DNA of 63,181 nt, counting the filler, from Thraustochytrium aureum (taxonomy: Eukaryota), in the NCBI GenBank assembly GCA_012862495.1. It is 7 parts of 5 records of this genome, joined end to end, with 100 filler letters (N's around TTAATTAATTAA, not from the genome) between each part and the next. Parts side by side here need not be neighbours in the genome. Positions count along the whole stretch, not along the records: positions 16,770 to 42,616 come from BLSG01000095.1; positions 42,717 to 57,805 come from BLSG01000097.1; 5 more parts are not named here. The stretch is one strand, 5' to 3'. Made by a program: the position numbers and the translations under genes. Below, in pieces: positions 35,163-49,200 of the stretch. Under the pieces are notes generated by a model. That model had not been told where the DNA came from. It saw nothing but the letters and a program-made list of their open reading frames with translations, and ran no database searches. Position 1 is the first letter of the stretch, and the number at the start of each line of letters is the position of its first letter.

Positions 35163-35454
35163 GCGCCCGGGAGGGGGTGTTCTGCGACCTGGCGCACGGA
35201 GGGCGCGCCTCTTCGGGACTGTGGCGCGAGCCTCCCAAGTCGGAGAGTGACTCCAAGCAGCCCAACGCACCTTTTATCTTTATTGCTCCTCGTTTTGGCT
35301 TGCTGCTCGGCCTTGTTGTGTTCTCTTCCCGCGCCCCGCGCCAGAGGGGGGGGGAGAGGACAACGGAAGGCCGTACGCCCTGACAATTATGGTACCTACC
35401 TACATTTCGTCAGAGGAGAGAGCGTGCTGCCTGATGAGCGGCAAGAGCGGCTCA

Positions 35455-35575
35455 CACCAGCCAGCCCAGCACACACCAGCCAGCCCAGCACACATCAGCC
35501 AGCCCAGCACACGTCAGCCACCCAGCACACATCAGCCAGCCCAGCCAGCAGGACCAGCTCACATCAGTCCAGCAC
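35455..35575 (+). repeat. Degenerate CAGC/CAGCCCAGCACAC tandem repeat
   Basis: Direct reading; lies between the convergent PXMP4 and NHE 3' ends. Confidence 0.7.
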
Positions 35576-37641
35576 GACCAGGCTGCCGCTTTTGCGATCG
35601 CCAAAGTCAATGTCTTCCATGGAGCCAATCCGCCCTCGCGCCGAGCCTGGCGAGACATCTAGGCCATCATCGCCACCGCCAGCACTGCTCCCGCCTTGGC
35701 TGTTTTGCTTGGGGCTCCATGTGGGGATCTCTGCCACACCGGGCAAGGTGACAGTTCGCGCACAGTCTGTGCTGGCGCCCTCGTGGTAGCACGGTTCAAA
35801 GGCCTCGTCGTTCACCACATCTCGCACCGTTGCCGAGTCGTGGTCCTGGCGCACCAGGATCGGCGTCAAAACGGCGCGATCGAACCGCGTCCAAAAGCTC
35901 TCTTTGCTGTCTTGGCCCCGTTCAAGCGACGAGGAAACCGCTGGGGAGACGGCGCGAGGGGGGGACGCGTTGCCAAAGGTAATCGAGCTCAGCTCGATCT
36001 CGCTCTCGCCCAAACCCTGGCACCCTGAACCCTTGCAGCCCACATCGTTCAACGCGCGGCCGCCGTGCCCGTGCCCCGCAAACCCTTCCGGGCGCCGCGG
36101 ACCAGCCCCTGGCCCTAAGGGGGAGGCCAGCGGGCTGGCCGCGTCCTTCTCAACAAGGCGCAGCCTTGTGCAAAGCGACTCGACTGTGCCACCAAATAGA
36201 AACACGGTCAACATGATAATGATCGTCGTCGAGGTCACAAACACGCGCCCCGTCGCCTTGTTGATCTCGTCCACGCTTCCGACGGCAAGCGCGAACGCCA
36301 TCCCACCGCGAAGGCCGGAGAACCAAAGCACAAAGATCTCCGCCACAGAAACGCGCTCGTGCGGCCGGCGCGACCAGTTGGACAGCATGCAGATGGGCAC
36401 GACTGCAATAGCTCGCGCGACGAGACAAGCGCCAAAGGCGACAAAGCCAAACACGACGGCTTGCAAGCTCCAGTCCATGTCGCCAGTGAAGACCGCCATT
36501 CCCTGGTGGCAGAGCGCAGCAATCAGAGCGAGGGCAGTCAGCTCACCGACTCCGCGACAAAGGCGGCCGGCCGCCAACCGCGCAAAAGTAAGCACCGCCC
36601 GCAACTTACCAGGTAGACGAACACAAAGGTCTCCGCCATGTGCGCGAGAACGCTGTAGGTCTCGCCCAGGAACTCGCCCGTCTCATCGCTCAAGTTCAGA
36701 CGCGTGTACGAGGCCATGGCGATGCCCGTGAAGAGGATGCTGACGATCCCTGAAAGCTCCAATCCCGCCGCGAGCGAGTATGTGACATACGGGATAACCA
36801 GGGACAACGTTGCCTCCAGGTGGCGCGTGTCGCTCTCGAAAAGGTGGAGCCACTTGAACATGATCGAGGTCCCGCCGCCGATGAGCACACCAATAAAGAC
36901 AGACCCTAGGAGAATTTTGATGAACTGAAGCGTCGCTTCCAGCGCGCTTATCGTGTTCAAGTCCTCGTCGTCGTCCTCTTGAAAGAACACCATGGTCTGG
37001 TATAGGACAATCGCCACCGCGTCGTTCAGGACCGATTCGCCGAAAACGAGCACCTGCAGAGATGGCTTGACCCCAACGCGGTTGAACACGGAAATCACAG
37101 TCACTGGGTCTGTGGCCGAGATCAGCGCACCGAAAATCACGCACTCCATTCCTGACGCGGGGTACAGCCCAAAGTTGGTCGCCGCGAACAGGATGAGCGC
37201 GGTGCCTAGACTTGCGATGAAGGTGCCAAAGATCGCAAGCGAGAGAATCAGGCCAAAGTTGCCGAAGAAGAGCCCGCGGCGAATCGTGTACCCCGAGTCA
37301 AAGATGATTGGCGGCAACAAGATCAGGAAGAAGAGGTCCGAGTCGAACTCGGTAAGCTTTTGCACGGAGGTCACAACCTCCGCGTCCGAGTTGGCGCTCT
37401 CAATTCCCTTGATCATGGCGCCGATCGCCATGCCAAGGACCAAGAGAATCCCTGCTTCGGGGACCAAGGTCTGCTGTAACTTGCGCGAGACATACAGGAG
37501 CAGCTGGGATAGCACGAGCGTAGAGAAGAAGAGCGCAAGCGTCAGATACCTAATGTCCTCTTCAGCCTCAGCCTCGCCGAGCGTTGTGTTGCCGCGTTCA
37601 AGCAAACGCCCAGCGGCGTCCGCAATCGTTGCGCCACGCAT
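35564..37641 (-). CDS. Na+/H+ exchanger, CPA1 (NHE/NHX) family; intron 36503-36609
   Basis: FFLILLPPIIFDSGY; FGALISATDPV; FGESVLNDA; LSGIVSILF; GLRGGMAFAL. A 107-nt GTAAGT...CAG intron joins FVYL to GMAVF. Confidence 0.93.
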
Positions 37642-38702
37642 CGGGCGACGGTGGGCTTCTCCTGAAGCTGAGAGCGCAAGGCGCCCAAGTCTATGCCGGG
37701 AGCTTCCCTCGTCGCGCGCCCCTTGCGCCAACAGGGCCGCTTGCGTCGCCTCCTGAGCTGGCTGGCCTACAGAGTTCGGCGTCCGGATGCGTTTGCAATC
37801 NNNNNNNNNNNNNNNNNNNNNNNNNNNNNNNNNNNNNNNNNNNNNNNNNNNNNNNNNNNNNNNNNNNNNNNNNNNNNNNNNNNNNNNNNNNNNNNNNNNN
37901 NNNNNNNNNNNNNNNNNNNNNNNNNNNNNNNNNNNNNNNNNNNNNNNNNNNNNNNNNNNNNNNNNNNNNNNNNNNNNNNNNNNNNNNNNNNNNNNNNNNN
38001 NNNNNNNNNNNNNNNNNNNNNNNNNNNNNNNNNNNNNNNNNNNNNNNNNNNNNNNNNNNNNNNNNNNNNNNNNNNNNNNNNNNNNNNNNNNNNNNNNNNN
38101 NNNNNNNNNNNNNNNNNNNNNNNNNNNNNNNNNNNNNTCCGTCAAGCAATACGCGATGGGGCCGACTGCTTCGCGAGAAAGGCCTGAGTGCTCGGCTCGT
38201 GGCTGCGCGTTCAACCGAGAGTCTGGAGTCTGGCCTGTTGTTTTGCCTTCCGAAAAAGGAGCCAGACACGTTCTTTTCTCGTGACAACAACAGGGAGCAG
38301 CAGGAGGTCCCTTTGTTGTCACGGCGGACTCGACGATGCCCCCCACAGGAAGGCCGCGCCGGCAGACGCCGAAGATTGTCATGCGAAAGCGAAACGGCGC
38401 CTCATCTGGCAAGGCCGCTCAGTCGATGGGGTCGATCGATCGATGGGGTTGACGGGATCGATGGCCGCCGCCTGGCCCGAAGACGTGACGCGTGCACGGC
38501 GCATGATCCGTTCTGCCTGGCCAGGGCGAGCGCGGCAGCAATGCGGCTCTGGTCTTCAGAACCCTCAAGTCGTCTCTTCCTTTAGCTCTAGTAGCTAACT
38601 CTAGAGAGACACCAGTGGACCGCAGCGCGCGCATTTCGGAGCTACAAGATGGATTGTGATTTTCTGGCGCCTACAGATTGACCTTCCGCAATTGCTTCGA
38701 GT

Positions 38703-39986
38703 TCACGCAATCGCGCAAACACGGCGCTGGGGGCACCATAGACTGGGCCGGATCATGTCGAAGACCTGAAGCGGCGACGCCTGAACGACAAAGATGGAGC
38801 GCAGCCCTCGCTCGCGGTGACCACTGCCATACATGCAAAAGACGAGGGCCGGGATGACGGTGATAATCATCAGCACGCGGCCACAGCAGTTGTCGTAGCA
38901 CTTAGCCATGGTGTTGTCTTCGCAAACGCGCACAGACTTGTTGTGGTACTCCACAGTCGTGTCGAGGTTGCGGTGCCACCCAAGGTAGCGAATGTACTCC
39001 CTTGCCATGTACCTCAGCGCCCGTTCATTCCAGTACACCACCTTTTTGAGCCGAAGGCTGCGGAGCTTGTTCGTGTCCGCGAGGTACTCGTCAATCATCT
39101 CCTCGACGCTGAGCTTGGCCGAGCTGCTGACGGTGATCTTGCCATACGGGTAGATGAATTGACTCATGTCCACGCGGTAGCTAAAGTCTGTCACCCGGTG
39201 GGTCGTTGTCTTCGAATTACCGTTCGAGTCCCGCGAATGTCGCGTCTCGTTGTGCCAGCCCTCAACATGGAGCAGCATGGTGGGCCGCGTGTTGTGCATG
39301 TTGAAGAATTTGAGCATCTCTTCACGAGAATTCAGGATCGGGTCTGACGATTTGATTCCCGATTTCATGCTGTCAGACTTGACGCGTGCGCTAGAGTAGG
39401 CTGCGGGCATGATTGGCATGGCGCCGTTGCCTGGCTGCAGAACCACATCCGCGCTGACCGGATTGAGTGGCGGGGGCGGCGCCGTTGCGATTTTGCTGTA
39501 CTCTATGGCCGTCGGCACCGGCTGGCCGTTGAGCAGAGTTATTTCGTCCTGGCTGAACCAAAGTCCCTCTGCAGGCACGGCCTCTGCCGTGGCCGTCATG
39601 TCCTCGCTTTGTACAAACTTGCCCGTGTCAATGCCGAGCTGCTGGTACTGCGAAACGATCTGGGCTTCCGGCAGGGCCTGAGGTAGCTCGGCGAAAACAG
39701 AGCCCGGGATGACCGTGACGCTCGCTTGCTCCGACTTGGCCGACGCAGAGTCGTCGTATTTAGTGCCAGTAGTGCCGCCGGAAGCAACGCCAGCCTGCAT
39801 GCCAGGAACTGAGGGCACGGGCGGCAGCGCCGCGGACATTGGCACTGCCATGGCAACCGGGAACCCTGGGTCGCCTTGGGTCGGGCCGCCATCTGGGTAC
39901 GGCAGCGTGGCTGCCGCTGACACAGACGGTGCCGACGGGGCGCTGCTCTGGCCGTTGCCAGCCTCGTCTGGCCCCGTTCCGAGCAT
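38703..39986 (-). CDS. Conserved hypothetical protein with Pro/Ala-rich N-terminus and C-terminal TM segment
   Basis: Long ORF, MLGTGPDE start inferred. P.MLLHVEGWH.E...VTDFSYRVD and L.L.K.V.W blocks resemble an uncharacterised fungal/protist family. TM VLMIITVIPALVFCMY. Confidence 0.65.
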   Translation of the reverse strand: MLGTGPDEAGNGQSSAPSAPSVSAAATLPYPDGGPTQGDPGFPVAMAVPMSAALPPVPSVPGMQAGVASGGTTGTKYDDSASAKSEQASVTVIPGSVFAELPQALPEAQIVSQYQQLGIDTGKFVQSEDMTATAEAVPAEGLWFSQDEITLLNGQPVPTAIEYSKIATAPPPPLNPVSADVVLQPGNGAMPIMPAAYSSARVKSDSMKSGIKSSDPILNSREEMLKFFNMHNTRPTMLLHVEGWHNETRHSRDSNGNSKTTTHRVTDFSYRVDMSQFIYPYGKITVSSSAKLSVEEMIDEYLADTNKLRSLRLKKVVYWNERALRYMAREYIRYLGWHRNLDTTVEYHNKSVRVCEDNTMAKCYDNCCGRVLMIITVIPALVFCMYGSGHRERGLRSIFVVQASPLQVFDMIRPSLWCPQRRVCAIA

Positions 39987-41490
39987 TCTCACAGGGGTTA
40001 CAGGGCTTGGGAATCGGAGCTTGCGACCGGTGCTCTGCCTTGCGCTTCGCTGGCCTCTCGCTCGAGCTAGCTCGCGTTCAAGGAGACGTTGAGGCAGCGG
40101 CTGGCAAGGAAATCGGTCTGGTGGACGCTGCGCCAAGCAGTCGCGACGCAACGCAACGCGGTTGGAGCTCTGCTGCAGGGTATTGAAACTGCCAAAAAAA
40201 AACGACGAAGGAAACCAGGAGGAATGAAACTGACTCTGAAACGGAAAGACGGCAAGTGATCGATCAAAAGTGATCGATCGATCCCCGAAGCCGCCTTCGC
40301 CCAGTTTGCGCCTCGAGGGCCGAGAGTGCACGCCCCACCACGAGATGCCCTCCAGTAGAGGCAAATTGCAGTGGCGTGGTGACCTGGCAAGCTGCGCGCT
40401 GAAGCTGGGCCGGTGCGCGTCGAACGTATTTCCTGCAAATGCACTGACCTCCAGCACAAACCCACCGTACTCGTACACAGCAAAGCAGCAAGCAACAAGA
40501 GGCGCTCGCGGCCGGCGTGGCCAAGAAAGAGGGAAGCGACGAGACGGAAGTAGTTATTTCTTGTCACCTTGAGCGAGACACGCATCCAGCGGACGAGCGC
40601 AGCACTAGACGGCGCAGCCTCGGCGCGGGCAGAATGCACCCCCCCCGCCCCCCAAAGCTCGGAACGGATGCGTGGCCAACAAACCGCGCCAGAGTNNNNN
40701 NNNNNNNNNNNNNNNNNNNNNNNNNNNNNNNNNNNNNNNNNNNNNNNNNNNNNNNNNNNNNNNNNNNNNNNNNNNNNNNNNNNNNNNNNNNNNNNNNNNN
40801 NNNNNNNNNNNNNNNNNNNNNNNNNNNNNNNNNNNNNNNNNNNNNNNNNNNNNNNNNNNNNNNNNNNNNNNNNNNNNNNNNNNNNNNNNNNNNNNNNNNN
40901 NNNNNNNNNNNNNNNNNNNNNNNNNNNNNNNNNNNNNNNNNNNNNNNNNNNNNNNNNNNNNNNNNNNNNNNNNNNNNNNNNNNNNNNNNNNNNNNNNNNN
41001 NNNNNNNNNNNNNNNNNNNNNNNNNNNNNNNNNNNNNNNNNNNNNNNNNNNNNNNNNNNNNNNNNNNNNNNNNNNNNNNNNNNNNNNNNNNNNNNNNNNN
41101 NNNNNNNNNNNNNNNNNNNNNNNNNNNNNNNNNNNNNNNNNNNNNNNNNNNNNNNNNNNNNNNNNNNNNNNNNNNNNNNNNNNNNNNNNNNNNNNNNNNN
41201 NNNNNNNNNNNNNNNNNNNNNNNNNNNNNNNNNNNNNNNNNNNNNNNNNNNNNNNNNNNNNNNNNNNNNNNNNNNNNNNNNNNNNNNNNNNNNNNNNNNN
41301 NNNNNNNNNNNNNNNNNNNNNNNNNNNNNNNNNNNNNNNNNNNNNNNNNNNNNNNNNNNNNNNNNNNNNNNNNNNNNNNNNNNNNNNNNNNNNNNNNNNN
41401 NNNNNNNNNNNNNNNNNNNNNNNNNNNNNNNNNNNNNNNNNNNNNNNNNNNNNNNNNNNNNNNNNNNNNNNNNNNNNNNNNNNNNNNNNN

Positions 41491-42243
41491 AGCGCTTTGG
41501 GGTTGAGCAGGGCCTTGGTCTGCTGGAACAAGTAGGTTTTGTTCGCGCTGCCGCCGCCCTTGGCCATGAAGTGGAAGTGGAACTCGTTGCCCTTGGTGGC
41601 AAACATGTCGAACTGGGCGGGGAGGTTGGTGCCCGTGTTCTTCTCCGTGTACATGTCGAGAGGCGCCACCTGGCTGTAGCGCAGGTTGCTCTCCGTGTAC
41701 GTGTTGTAAATCCCGCGCGAGAGCGCGGCCTCGTCCTCGCCGTCCGTGAACACGTAGTTGCCCCGCTTGCCCATCACGATCGCCGTGCCCGTGTCCTGAC
41801 ACGAGGGCAGAATCATGTTGCTCGCTATGTTGGCATTCTTGAGCAGCTGGAGGGCCACGAATTTGTCGTTTTCGCTCGCCTCGGGGTCCTTCAGGATGCT
41901 GCTCAGCTGCTCCAGGTGGCCCGGCCGCAAGAGGTGCGAGATGTCGCGCATCGCCGTGGACGCCAGCATCGTCAGCGCTTCGGGCTGGACGCGCAGGCCC
42001 ACCTGACCGTCGGGGAGCTCGAACGTGGAAACAAACTTGGATGCCTCGTCCAGCCGGTAGTATGGCGTGTCCACTGGGTTGGCGTGCTCGAACAGTTCTT
42101 GGTAGACGAAGGGCGGCGGAGGGCTTTTGTCCCATCTTGCCTTGTGGTACCGCGTGCTTGCCCGTCGACGGCAGCCCCGTCGCGAGCCCCCGCGCCCCCA
42201 CGGGTCTCAACGCGCCCAGCAGCGCCCTCCGGAGTCCTATCAT
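41491..42243 (-). CDS. Class I (Fe-S) fumarate hydratase with mitochondrial presequence, N-terminal part (frameshift near 42130)
   Basis: [20 protein letters not shown] presequence; [36 protein letters not shown]. Confidence 0.92.
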
Positions 42244-42561
42244 TGCGCCAGGGTCCTCAGCCTACAAGTCCCCGCCCCCGTGTGGTCCAAAACCGCCCAG
42301 TGGCCGCCTTGGCTGGCTGCACCCTCTGCGCCCAGCCACCGCACGTGCAAAACTTGTGACCGCCCGCAGCCACAGGGATCGTCCGGACCGACCAACCGAC
42401 CGACCGTGCACAACCGCGACACCAGGCCCTCGACTCGGCCAGCCGCCCCGAGCTGCTCAATCGCCACGCCAGCTCGCGCCGCCTGCACGCACTCGCACAC
42501 GCGCCTCAATCACGGTCTGTCGCCGCGTGCAACAACGCCTGTCACTGCCTTTCTGCCTGCC

Positions 42562-42578
42562 TCTCTCTCTCTCTCGTC

Positions 42579-42610
<32 letters not shown>
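42562..42610 (+). repeat. (CT)n/(CTGT)n microsatellite
   Basis: Direct reading at the scaffold end. Confidence 0.85.
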
Positions 42611-42612
<2 letters not shown>

Positions 42613-43249
42613 GTCGNNNNNNNNNNNNNNNNNNNNNNNNNNNNNNNNNNNNNNNNNNNNTTAATTAATTAANNNNNNNNNNNNNNNNNNNNNNNNNNNN
42701 NNNNNNNNNNNNNNNNGGAATTGTGAATGTTGCTCGTCACTTCGCCAACTTTTACCCCTCGACTGCACCTTGCGTGCTATTTGCAGAAATGACAATCTGC
42801 CCGTAAGACCATCCTATGCATTTGCCGTAGCAAGGGCTGAACAATGGCTGTTCAAAAAAAAAACCTGTTCCGTGCCCCTTCGGGTATTTTTCCTTTGCGG
42901 AACGCCACCTTATGATTACCAGCCCTTGATAGCCGAGCACCGTAGGGTCGCAGGATCAAATCCTTTGCTTGAAAAATGCTATCTTTTTTGGCCTTGGTTT
43001 TTTTTCAAGATGATCGTCGGGCGGCAGATCGCGAACGGGCCGGGCGCCCAGTGCGCGCGGGGCGCGGGCGAGTGCGCGGGACGGCTGGGCCTTTGTGCGC
43101 GGACCTCCTCCATCCGTCCGCTGGGCTGCCTCCGCTGCGCGGGGCGTTTGGGAGCTGGATTCTCCGAGCGCTTGGTGTCTTTGTTTTGTTTTTGCACCTT
43201 GCTTGGGCTTCTCCTTTTTTTCTTTCTTGGTCAAGCGTGCTCGCGCACG

Positions 43250-46200
43250 ATGGACGAGGAAGCCGGCGCAGATGCGAGGGGCCGCGTGGCCACGATTTCG
43301 CCGCTTGGGCAGCGGAAGAGCAGCTCGAGCCCGACCAAGAGGATTTTCCAGAGCCTCAGTAGGCTGCGCGAGCGCACGTTGAGCGCCGGGAACGAAACGG
43401 TCTTCCTCGCGAGGGCGGGCTCGAACGATGCAAGCGGGGAACGGTCACCCGGCGACATTGGTGGTCGTGGCAAAAGCAGGTCCGTCGGGGAATCCGAAGC
43501 TCTCAGTCCGCTGCGTGCGTCGCCGCCTGCCTCGGGGTCGCCAAGAGGTTCCACGGTCGTTTGGAACGCAGGCAGCGGCCCAGCGATCAAGGCCGCCTCG
43601 CGATTCATGGTCAGCAAGCAAAGGCGGCATGAAACCCGCAAAACGATGGAGAACGAGCTTCAATCAGGCAACCTGGGCCGCAAGCTCTTGCTGGGCGACA
43701 TTGTGACGCTCCGCAGCGTCGGCCAATTTGGCGCGCAAGTTGGCGTCCTTTCCGCCGAAGGCCTCGCGGACCGCGACGTTAGTGTCGTCTGCCCGGAGGA
43801 CGACAACGGGGCGGCGAAAGCCGGAAAGCGGCTGGCGCCCGACCGAAGCGAAGCGTACTTTCGGGTCTGCCCGCAGCTTCGCTACGACATGCGCAGGTCG
43901 CTCGACAAGCTCGAGCAAAACGCGCCGCGCGAGCAGCGCGACTACATCGTCGCCCGCGCAGAAAAGGAGGAGCGCGAGAACGCAGAAATGCTGTTGAGCA
44001 CGTTTCAGTCGCCGAGCGGCCCAGAGGAAGCCGCGAGTCGAATCGTTCGCTACGGCCAGGTGATCCAGCTCCGCCACATCAAGAGTCAGAGCTTCGTTTC
44101 GGTCAGGCTCAAGCAGGTCGCGGTCGTCGACAAAGACTGCCTTGCGGTAAGCCTGGACGAGGCTGGCTCTGAGTGGTCTTGGTTCCAGGTTATGCCCCGC
44201 TTCAAGGTCAGGACGGAAGGGGCCGCCGTATTTTGCGGCGACCAAGTCTACTTTCGCCCCTCANNNNNNNNNNNNNNNNNNNNNNNNNNNNNNNNNNNNN
44301 NNNNNNNNNNNNNNNNNNNNNNNNNNNNNNNNNNNNNNNNNNNNNNNNNNNNNNNNNNNNNNNNNNNNNNNNNNNNNNNNNNNNNNNNNNNNNNNNNNNN
44401 NNNNNNNNNNNNNNNNNNNNNNNNNNNNNNNNNNNNNNNNNNNNNNNNNNNNNNNNNNNNNNNNNNNNNNNNNNNNNNNNNNNNNNNNNNNNNNNNNNNN
44501 NNNNNNNNNNNNNNNNNNNNNNNNNNNNNNNNNNNNNNNNNNNNNNNNNNNNNNNNNAGTACTTTCTGAACGTCTCATCCGGGGTGGCCCCAGACCCGCT
44601 TTCTGAGGCAAGCGGGTGCGCTGCCCTTAGCGACCGCAAGCCACGCCGCGAAGCCAACGTCAGTATCCGCCCCTGCAGCTGGCGTATCCATCTGCACATG
44701 CGCGGCCTCAAGCTCGACGACCCGGCGGCGCTCTACGATGGACAGCCGCTCTACCTCTTCCATCCCGAAGTCGAGGGCCTTCTTGATGCCCCAACAAGGA
44801 TGAGCGCGTCGGCGACTCGCGCTGTCGCTGTGGACCGCGATGCGCGGGTAAAACCGGACTCCTGCATCTGGGTGGTTGAGCTCGAGAGTCGGGGTCGTCC
44901 GGGATCGGCCGGCAAGGGCAAAATGAAGGCGACGATGCGCCCTCACGGACGACTGAGCGAGCTCAGGCGAGCCGCGCCGAGGTGGGCACTGTCACTTGGG
45001 GTGACCGAATCTCGCTCCGGCACCTCGTCACGGGGCGATACCTTTCCATAGCACCAGACGCGCTCGACCCCCGCGAACTGACTTCGACGGGGCTCCTCCG
45101 CGTGGAGGTCTCGCTTGAGCACCGCGGGCCGCTTTCAAGGTTTGTGATAGCCCCGGTTCAGCGCAGAAAGAAACGATTTCACCACCACGACGAGGAGGAG
45201 GCCGCCGAGCTTGCGGTCGGCAAACCCGGCGAAGGCGGCGATTCGGGCGACCCTGTGCCCTTGGTTGGTCTTACCTTTTGCCTCGAGTTCGCCGTGCCGC
45301 GTCCAGTGCAGCTCCTGGACGGCTCGGCTGTTTCCCTTGCCTACCTGCACGTGAGCGCAGCGGACGCCGACGCGGACGCGCCGCCGCCTCGAAGCGTTTT
45401 CTTCTCCGTCGTGCGCAACGACCAGGATGCGCTGCAAGGGCTTGCGGTGCCGCGGCGCGTTGTCCGGGTGGTCGAGACGATACGGGGATGGCACCGCGTG
45501 GCCATGGCATACTCGGACTTGCTACGATTGAGGCTGGAAGCGCGTGTAGCGGTGGCGAGCCAGGCGGCCGAAGCTGCCACCGCCGCGCAGGACATGGACG
45601 CGCTTGTTCAGCACGTTTCCCGAAGCGAGGCGCTCCCAATGATCCGCGTCCTCCAAGGCGTCCTCGAACTCTGCGATGCCCGCTCTGGCTCGGACCTCGA
45701 GGCGGGCGATCACATCGGGACCAGTATCGCTATTGCGACCGCCTCTGCGGCCAGCAAAGCGCTAGAAGCTGACGACGATCCTGACGACGATCCTGACGGC
45801 GCCGTTGATGACGATGGAACCTTTGGAGACGGCCAGGTGGCCAAGGACGAGCTCATTGACCACGAGCTGGCCTTGGCCAACCGCCAGCTTGAGCGGCCCC
45901 TGCCACCCTCGGCTATCGCGTCGCAGGTGCGCTTGGCTGCTCTCGGCGTCTTTCAGGTCATCTTTCACGCAATTACGCTTCCCGAGGCAGTTTGCGGCGA
46001 AGCGTGGAAATCGCACATGCTGACCACGGCCCTGCGGTGGCCGTACTTTGTCCAAAGGCTTGCGTTCCGCGCCGCAATGGCCGTCTTCAAGGACAACAGG
46101 GCGATAGAACTGCGCTTTGCCGAGCTACTCCTGCCGGCCCCGCCGCGACGGTATTGCGATTTCATGTATGCAGAACCGGCGAGCGGGAAGCAGCACGAGA

Positions 46201-49200
46201 GTGCCCTCTTGGTCGTGTCACGGCACCTCACATGCGGGACGAGCGCCGTCGCTCTCCTGCGCCAGCTCGTCAACAACAACGAGACCCTGCTCGACACAAA
46301 GTTCGACGGCACCCAAGTTNNNNNNNNNNNNNNNNNNNNNNNNNNNNNNNNNNNNNNNNNNNNNNNNNNNNNNNNNNNNNNNNNNNNNNNNNNNNNNNNN
46401 NNNNNNNNNNNNNNNNNNNNNNNNNNNNNNNNNNNNNNNNNNNNNNNNNNNNNNNNNNNNNNNNNNNNNNNNNNNNNNNNNNNNNNNNNNNNNNNNNNNN
46501 NNNNNNNNNNNNNNNNNNNNNNNNNNNNNNNNNNNNNNNNNNNNNNNNNNNNNNNNNNNNNNNNNNNNNNNNNNNNNNNNNNNNNNNNNNNNNNNNNNNN
46601 NNNNNNNNNNNNNNNNNNNNNNNNNNNNNNNNNNNNNNNNNNNNNNNNNNNNNNNNNNNNNNNNNNNNNNNNNNNNNNNNNNNNNNNNNNNNNNNNNNNN
46701 NNNNNNNNNNNNNNNNNNNNNNNNNNNNNNNNNNNNNNNNNNNNNNNNNNNNNNNNNNNNNNNNNNNNNNNNNNNNNNNNNNNNNNNNNNNNNNNNNNNN
46801 NNNNNNNNNNNNNNNNNNNNNNNNNNNNNNNNNNNNNNNNNNNNNNNNNNNNNNNNNNNNNNNNNNNNNNNNNNNNNNNNNNNNNNNNNNNNNNNNNNNN
46901 NNNNNNNNNNNNNNNNNNNNNNNNNNNNNNNNNNNNNNNNNNNNNNNNNNNNNGGTGGGCGTGTTGCATTTGCTTGCGCTTTGGTTCGGCTCAGTGAGCT
47001 CCTCCTGCGCCTTGGGTTTTACCCCAGATCGGAGGACATTGTATCGCAAAGCCAGGTCGTGATCCGCATGCTCGGGCTGCTGCGCGACCGCGAAATGGGT
47101 CGTTCGGACATGCTTTTGCGCGAGGCGATCTGCTCCTTCCTCCTCACCGTCGGGCATTACGACACGGATCACAACGTGTCGCTGATGGTCGAGGCCTTTG
47201 AGGACGCAGGCTCCAAGGCGCGCCTCGACGAGATGGTGTGCGAGGCCCGCGCCGCCTTCATGGTGCGTACAAGCCGGAGGAGCAAGTGGGACCTCCTCAA
47301 CCTGAATCGCAACTTGTGCCCGGATGGCGCCGAGCTGCGAGTGGACGAGATGCTCGTGCAGATTGTGATCCGCTGCGGCCATCTGGTGGACCCCTCTCTG
47401 AGGCTTTTCGAGAAGGCCCTCGATCTCTTGATCCAGGAGCACAGCGCCGGGTCGCGGCTCCTGGAGGCCCTCCGCAAGCTGTTGGTCATAAATACGCCGA
47501 GCGGGATCAAGGTTTTTGGGCTCATCAAGGAGAAGTCGGCGATCCTCCTCAACGACTTTCAGTCGTACGAGATTTGGGGCGTCTCGAACCAGTTTTCTCC
47601 CACAGGGTGGAGCGTCGTGGATCGCGTCAAACGGACGCTGAGCTTCCTGCGGCGTGCGTGCAAGCGCCACCTATACATAATCGACGGGCTCAACGTCGTG
47701 GAGGTGATCTTTGCGGGCCTGCGGGTCGAGAGTGAAGACAGCGCGCACTTGCGCGAGATCAAGCGCTTGTGCGTCGAGTTCTTGATCGAGTTTGTCGAGG
47801 ACCAGGCCGAGAACCAGGCGCGCGTCTTCAACGAGATGGCGCTTCTTATCTCCTTGCTAGACGACGCGCGGCGCCCCGTGCTAAAACTCCTCTCCGCGAT
47901 TGTGAAGGGGAACCGCACTCTGTCAATCGACTTTCCCGAGCGGGTCATTGTGCAGCTCCTTGGACCAGATGGCTCTGAGGCCAGCGCCTCCTCGAGCGGG
48001 CCATCTGCGAAACTCGACCTTGACCTGTTGCGACTGTTCTGCCAGCTCTGTTCGGTGAACGGTATCGGGCTCAAGCGCAACCAGGACTGCATCCTGCAGG
48101 CAATCCTCGCGCATGACCAGGCTCACGCGGCGGTACTTAGCGTCGTGCGGTCGTTCGAGGCGCTCGCGGCTGGCTCTGCGGGGGAACAGCCAAAGGCTGA
48201 TACACCAAGATCGGCCTCGGCACCGAGGACGCTCAAGACGTACGCGAGCGGCGGTCTGAGCAAGGCGGAGGCAGCCGGGTCGCCCTTCCACATAATGATG
48301 GTCGAGCTCCTCTCGGCCATGACGCGCGGCCACAACCCGTTCTCCGAGGCCAAGTTGCAAAGCCTGCTCGGGCTCGACGTCGTGCTCGACGTGCTGACAG
48401 GGCCGCGAGCGAGGAATCTCTCCAACTCGTTCCGCTGCGTGATGCTGCGTTTCCTCGCTGACGCTTTCTTTGACACGGGCCTGTCGAATGCAGGTGCCGT
48501 GCAGCAGGTACCCCGTGTTGGCCAATTACTCGAGGAGATTCTTGCCGAGCTGGACGCCTTTGCCCAGCGCGGCGCGAGCGGGGACCTCCTTGGGGACACG
48601 CTCTCAGACTACCGATCGCTCGTGTTCCATGGGTTTTTGTTTACGCTGCGGTCGTTTTTCCAGCACGCGTTCGAGTTCCAGACCGCCCCGCACAATATTC
48701 TGGCGCTTCGCGAGCCGCTCCTGGCCTCGTTGCAGCGCATTTCGCTCCTGGCCGACACGCCAGCCGAGCAGCACTTGGCGCGGCGCTCCAAGGCCGCGCT
48801 TTTGAAATCAATCAGCGCGCACCGCCGGACGCGCCGCACTGAGGAAGAGCGCTTGCGCCTTTTGGCGGCAAGCCGGGAGCGACGCGAGCTGCAGTTGCAG
48901 CAGCGAAAGCGGCAGCAGGCCGCGCGGCGCATCCGCCGCGGAAGATCTCGCACGCGCGGGAGAGTCAGCATAGAGAGCTGGGCAGCATATGTAGACCGGC
49001 TTGCCACGGATGTCGACATTGCCCGCTCGTGCAGGACGAAGNNNNNNNNNNNNNNNNNNNNNNNNNNNNNNNNNNNNNNNNNNNNNNNNNNNNNNNNNNN
49101 NNNNNNNNNNNNNNNNNNNNNNNNNNNNNNNNNNNNNNNNNNNNNNNNNNNNNNNNNNNNNNNNNNNNNNNNNNNNNNNNNNNNNNNNNNNNNNNAGCGC